Part shown: positions 61,370 through 64,000 of the stretch, piece after piece | How the letters are laid out: each line of letters opens with the position of its first letter | How positions within the stretch are numbered: the first letter of the stretch is position 1 | Assembly: GCA_963664815.2 (NCBI GenBank) | Contig: CAXXHB010000003.1 | Span: 4,128,001 to 4,192,000, forward strand | Reading direction: 5' to 3' | DNA length: 64,000 bases | Origin: Spirochaetota bacterium | GTDB lineage: Bacteria > Spirochaetota > UBA4802 > UBA5550 | Notes under the pieces: model-generated | Database searches by the model: none | The model's input: the letters and a program-made list of their open reading frames with translations, nothing else | What the model was told of the DNA's origin: nothing | Position numbers and translations under genes: made by a program

Positions 61370-63307
61370 ATGGGATTATCCGTAACATATAAAATTCTGA
61401 AAGAACACCTTGTCGAAGGAACACTCTCCCCAGGAGAAGATATTGGAATAAGAATTGATCAGACTCTTACCCAGGATGCAACCGGGACAATGGCATATCT
61501 TCAGTTTGAAGCGATGAATATTCCCGTCGTTAAGACAGAGATATCAGTATCATATGTAGATCACAACACCCTCCAGATGGGTTTTGAAAATGCCGATGAT
61601 CACAAGTACCTCCAGACAATGAATTCTAATTACGGGGTACACTATTCAAAGGCCGGAAATGGCATTTGCCACCAGGTACATCTTGAACGCTTCGGCAGAC
61701 CTGGTGCCACACTTCTCGGTTCTGACAGCCATACTCCCACCGGTGGAGGAATTGGAATGATAGCGATAGGAGCTGGCGGAATTGATGTTGCAGTTGCTAT
61801 GGGAGGAGGACCGTTCTATCTTTCATGTCCGAAGGTTATAAATGTAAGGTTAACAGGAAAATTGCGACCATGGGTATCAGCGAAGGATGTAATTTTAAAA
61901 GTGCTGGAAATCCTTACCACTAAAGGGAATGTTGGGTATGTAGTAGAGTATACCGGTCCGGGAATTGATACTCTTTCTGTTCCGGAACGTGCCACTATTG
62001 CAAACATGGGTGCAGAACTCGGGGTTACAACTTCACTCTTTCCTGGCGATAGTATCACAGAAGAATTTCTTGCAGCACAGGGTCGGGCTGATGCATTTCG
62101 TGAAATTCTTCCAGATGCAGATGCAGTGTACGAAAAAATTATTGATATAGATTTAGGCATTCTCGTACCAATGGTTGCTTGCCCACATTCTCCTGATAAT
62201 ATTAAAGAAATAAAAGATATAAAAGGAATGAAAGTTGACCAGGTGGCGATTGGAAGCTGCACCAATTCATCATACAAAGACCTGATGACTGTCGCTGAAA
62301 TTCTCAATGGAAAAAAAATTCATCCCGATGTGAGTTTTATAGTTGCACCAGGATCAAAACAGGTTTTTGAGATGATCGCGGTTAACGGAGCCCTTGCTCA
62401 AATCATTTCATCCGGAGCCAGAATTATGGAGTCCGCCTGCGGATTCTGCATTGGTTCGGGACAGGCGCCGGTTACTAAAGGAATCTCCATCCGGACAAAC
62501 AACAGAAATTTCGAAGGGAGATCCGGAACCGAAAACGGTCAAATATATCTTGTGAGCCCTGAGACAGCTGCATTATCTGCACTCGAAGGAAAACTTGTCA
62601 ATCCGCTTGATTACAACCCCTCTCTCTATCCGAAGATTAAAATTCCCGAAAAATTTATAATAGATGATTCACTTATTATTCCTCCTTCTTCTGTGAAAAC
62701 TGAAATTTTTAGAGGACCTAATATCGGCGAGCCTCCATATACTGACCCGCTGTTCGATGAAATAAACGGAGTAATTGGCATTAAAGTCGGCGATAAAATT
62801 ACAACCGATCATATAATGCCAGCCGGGCAGAGGCTTAAATACAGATCAAATATTCCTGAATATTCAAAATATGTATTTGAAAATATTGATGCAGAGTTCT
62901 CTTCAAGGTCGCTGAAAAACAAAAGTAACGGAATTTATACTGCCATAACAGCCGGGGAGAGTTATGGTCAGGGTTCAAGCAGAGAACATGCGGCAATATG
63001 TCCCATGTATCTTGGAGTGAGAATTGTAATTGCAAAATCTTTCGAGAGAATACACTCCGGCAATCTGGTAAATTTTGGATTAATTCCACTCCTGTTTCAG
63101 AATCCGTGTGATTATGACAATATAAAACAGGGGGACAGTTTCAAAGTTTCCGGTGTTATGGAATCTGTCAGAAAAGGAAATAATCTGAAATTAGAAATTG
63201 CAGGATCAGTATATGAATTGAGACTACTTGCAACGGAAAGACAGAGAAAAATACTGCTTTCCGGAGGTCTGCTGAATTACACAAGAGAGAGCATGATAAA
63301 AAAATGA
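61370..63307 (+). CDS. Aconitate hydratase (short, ~645-aa type)
   Basis: TQDATG, GNGICHQV, GSDSHT, GSCTN, CGFCIG, NRNFEGRSG, TTDHI, YGQGSSREHA. Confidence 0.94.
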   Translation: MGLSVTYKILKEHLVEGTLSPGEDIGIRIDQTLTQDATGTMAYLQFEAMNIPVVKTEISVSYVDHNTLQMGFENADDHKYLQTMNSNYGVHYSKAGNGICHQVHLERFGRPGATLLGSDSHTPTGGGIGMIAIGAGGIDVAVAMGGGPFYLSCPKVINVRLTGKLRPWVSAKDVILKVLEILTTKGNVGYVVEYTGPGIDTLSVPERATIANMGAELGVTTSLFPGDSITEEFLAAQGRADAFREILPDADAVYEKIIDIDLGILVPMVACPHSPDNIKEIKDIKGMKVDQVAIGSCTNSSYKDLMTVAEILNGKKIHPDVSFIVAPGSKQVFEMIAVNGALAQIISSGARIMESACGFCIGSGQAPVTKGISIRTNNRNFEGRSGTENGQIYLVSPETAALSALEGKLVNPLDYNPSLYPKIKIPEKFIIDDSLIIPPSSVKTEIFRGPNIGEPPYTDPLFDEINGVIGIKVGDKITTDHIMPAGQRLKYRSNIPEYSKYVFENIDAEFSSRSLKNKSNGIYTAITAGESYGQGSSREHAAICPMYLGVRIVIAKSFERIHSGNLVNFGLIPLLFQNPCDYDNIKQGDSFKVSGVMESVRKGNNLKLEIAGSVYELRLLATERQRKILLSGGLLNYTRESMIKK

Positions 63308-63984
63308 ATTTATCGACTAACTCAGATATTGCTCTCTGTCAGCCTGATAATACCAAAGGCTGCAGTCTTTGCTGTGGCCTTTTTAATTTTATCGATATAT
63401 CCCCCTGTTTTCTTTCTGGTTTTCTTGAAAAGGGTAAATCCAGGGAAAAAAATTTTTCTACTCACGATGAATATACAATTTCAGATTCTACCAGGGATAA
63501 ATTCTCACACATATGCCCTTATCAGGGATTTTTGAAGACCGGCAAACCGGGATGTCTAGTACATCCATTGTCATCCGGTGCAGATGGAAGAGACAGGTCG
63601 CTCTTCGCAAGTAAAATATGTGATAAATTCTTCTGCCCGGCACATACAATTCTTACCTCCGAAGAGAAGTTTTTTCTAATTGAAAGCGTCTCAAACTGGC
63701 ATCTATATTCCGCAGCAATTGCTGATCCTGAAAGCTATTCATTCATTTATAATTACGTAAAAAACAATTTCAATTTTTCAGAAAATAATAATTTATTCCG
63801 GTTTCTGGTGAATGAAGGCTTATCTGCTCATGTCAAGAATCTTGAAACCTACGAAGGAATTTTATTCTGTTACTCAATCCCCGAGTACAATATACACAAA
63901 AAAAATTTCTGTATCAGATACATAGATAAAAAAACTAACCTCGTAACATCACATATTAACAAATCAGCAGCATTATTTAAATAA
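63304..63984 (+). CDS. Cysteine-rich hypothetical protein (possible Fe-S/Zn binding)
   Basis: CQP...GCSLCCG, CPY.GF, GC.VHP, C..FFCP; ATGA overlap with aconitase. Confidence 0.75.
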   Translation: MNLSTNSDIALCQPDNTKGCSLCCGLFNFIDISPCFLSGFLEKGKSREKNFSTHDEYTISDSTRDKFSHICPYQGFLKTGKPGCLVHPLSSGADGRDRSLFASKICDKFFCPAHTILTSEEKFFLIESVSNWHLYSAAIADPESYSFIYNYVKNNFNFSENNNLFRFLVNEGLSAHVKNLETYEGILFCYSIPEYNIHKKNFCIRYIDKKTNLVTSHINKSAALFK

Positions 63985-64000
63985 TTAAGAAGTTCTCTAC

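Overview
Low-GC bacterial chromosomal segment, probably from a spirochaete. The inference rests on the gene order PASTA-rpe-rpsP-khpA-rimM-trmD-rplS-rnhB-hyp-FlhB-like-HD-GYP-yraN, on Leptospira-type WG repeats and on spirochaete-like lipoprotein signals. Housekeeping genes include amtB (3' part), a P-II gene, argB, hemL/hemB, dtd, trxA, an aconitase, a family II PPase, mntP and three tRNAs (Arg-ACG, Ser-GCT, Ser-TGA). No integrase, transposase or CRISPR array was seen. The most striking locus is a tightly packed operon at 9380-15896: outer-membrane beta-barrel, NitT/TauT-type ABC importer whose permease is fused in frame to an MqnP/UbiA prenyltransferase, then UbiX and UbiD/MqnL. It looks like a candidate 'import-and-prenylate' salvage system for a menaquinone precursor. 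Other highlights are a radical SAM/SPASM enzyme with a small Cys-Tyr-Gly lipopeptide partner, an Mre11/Rad50-like pair whose catalytic motifs are degenerate, a decayed tRNA-Arg/terminator duplicate bracketing an ankyrin/WG islet, a perfect 26-bp-arm palindrome and several candidate structured RNAs. All family calls are by motif recognition only; no database searches were run.
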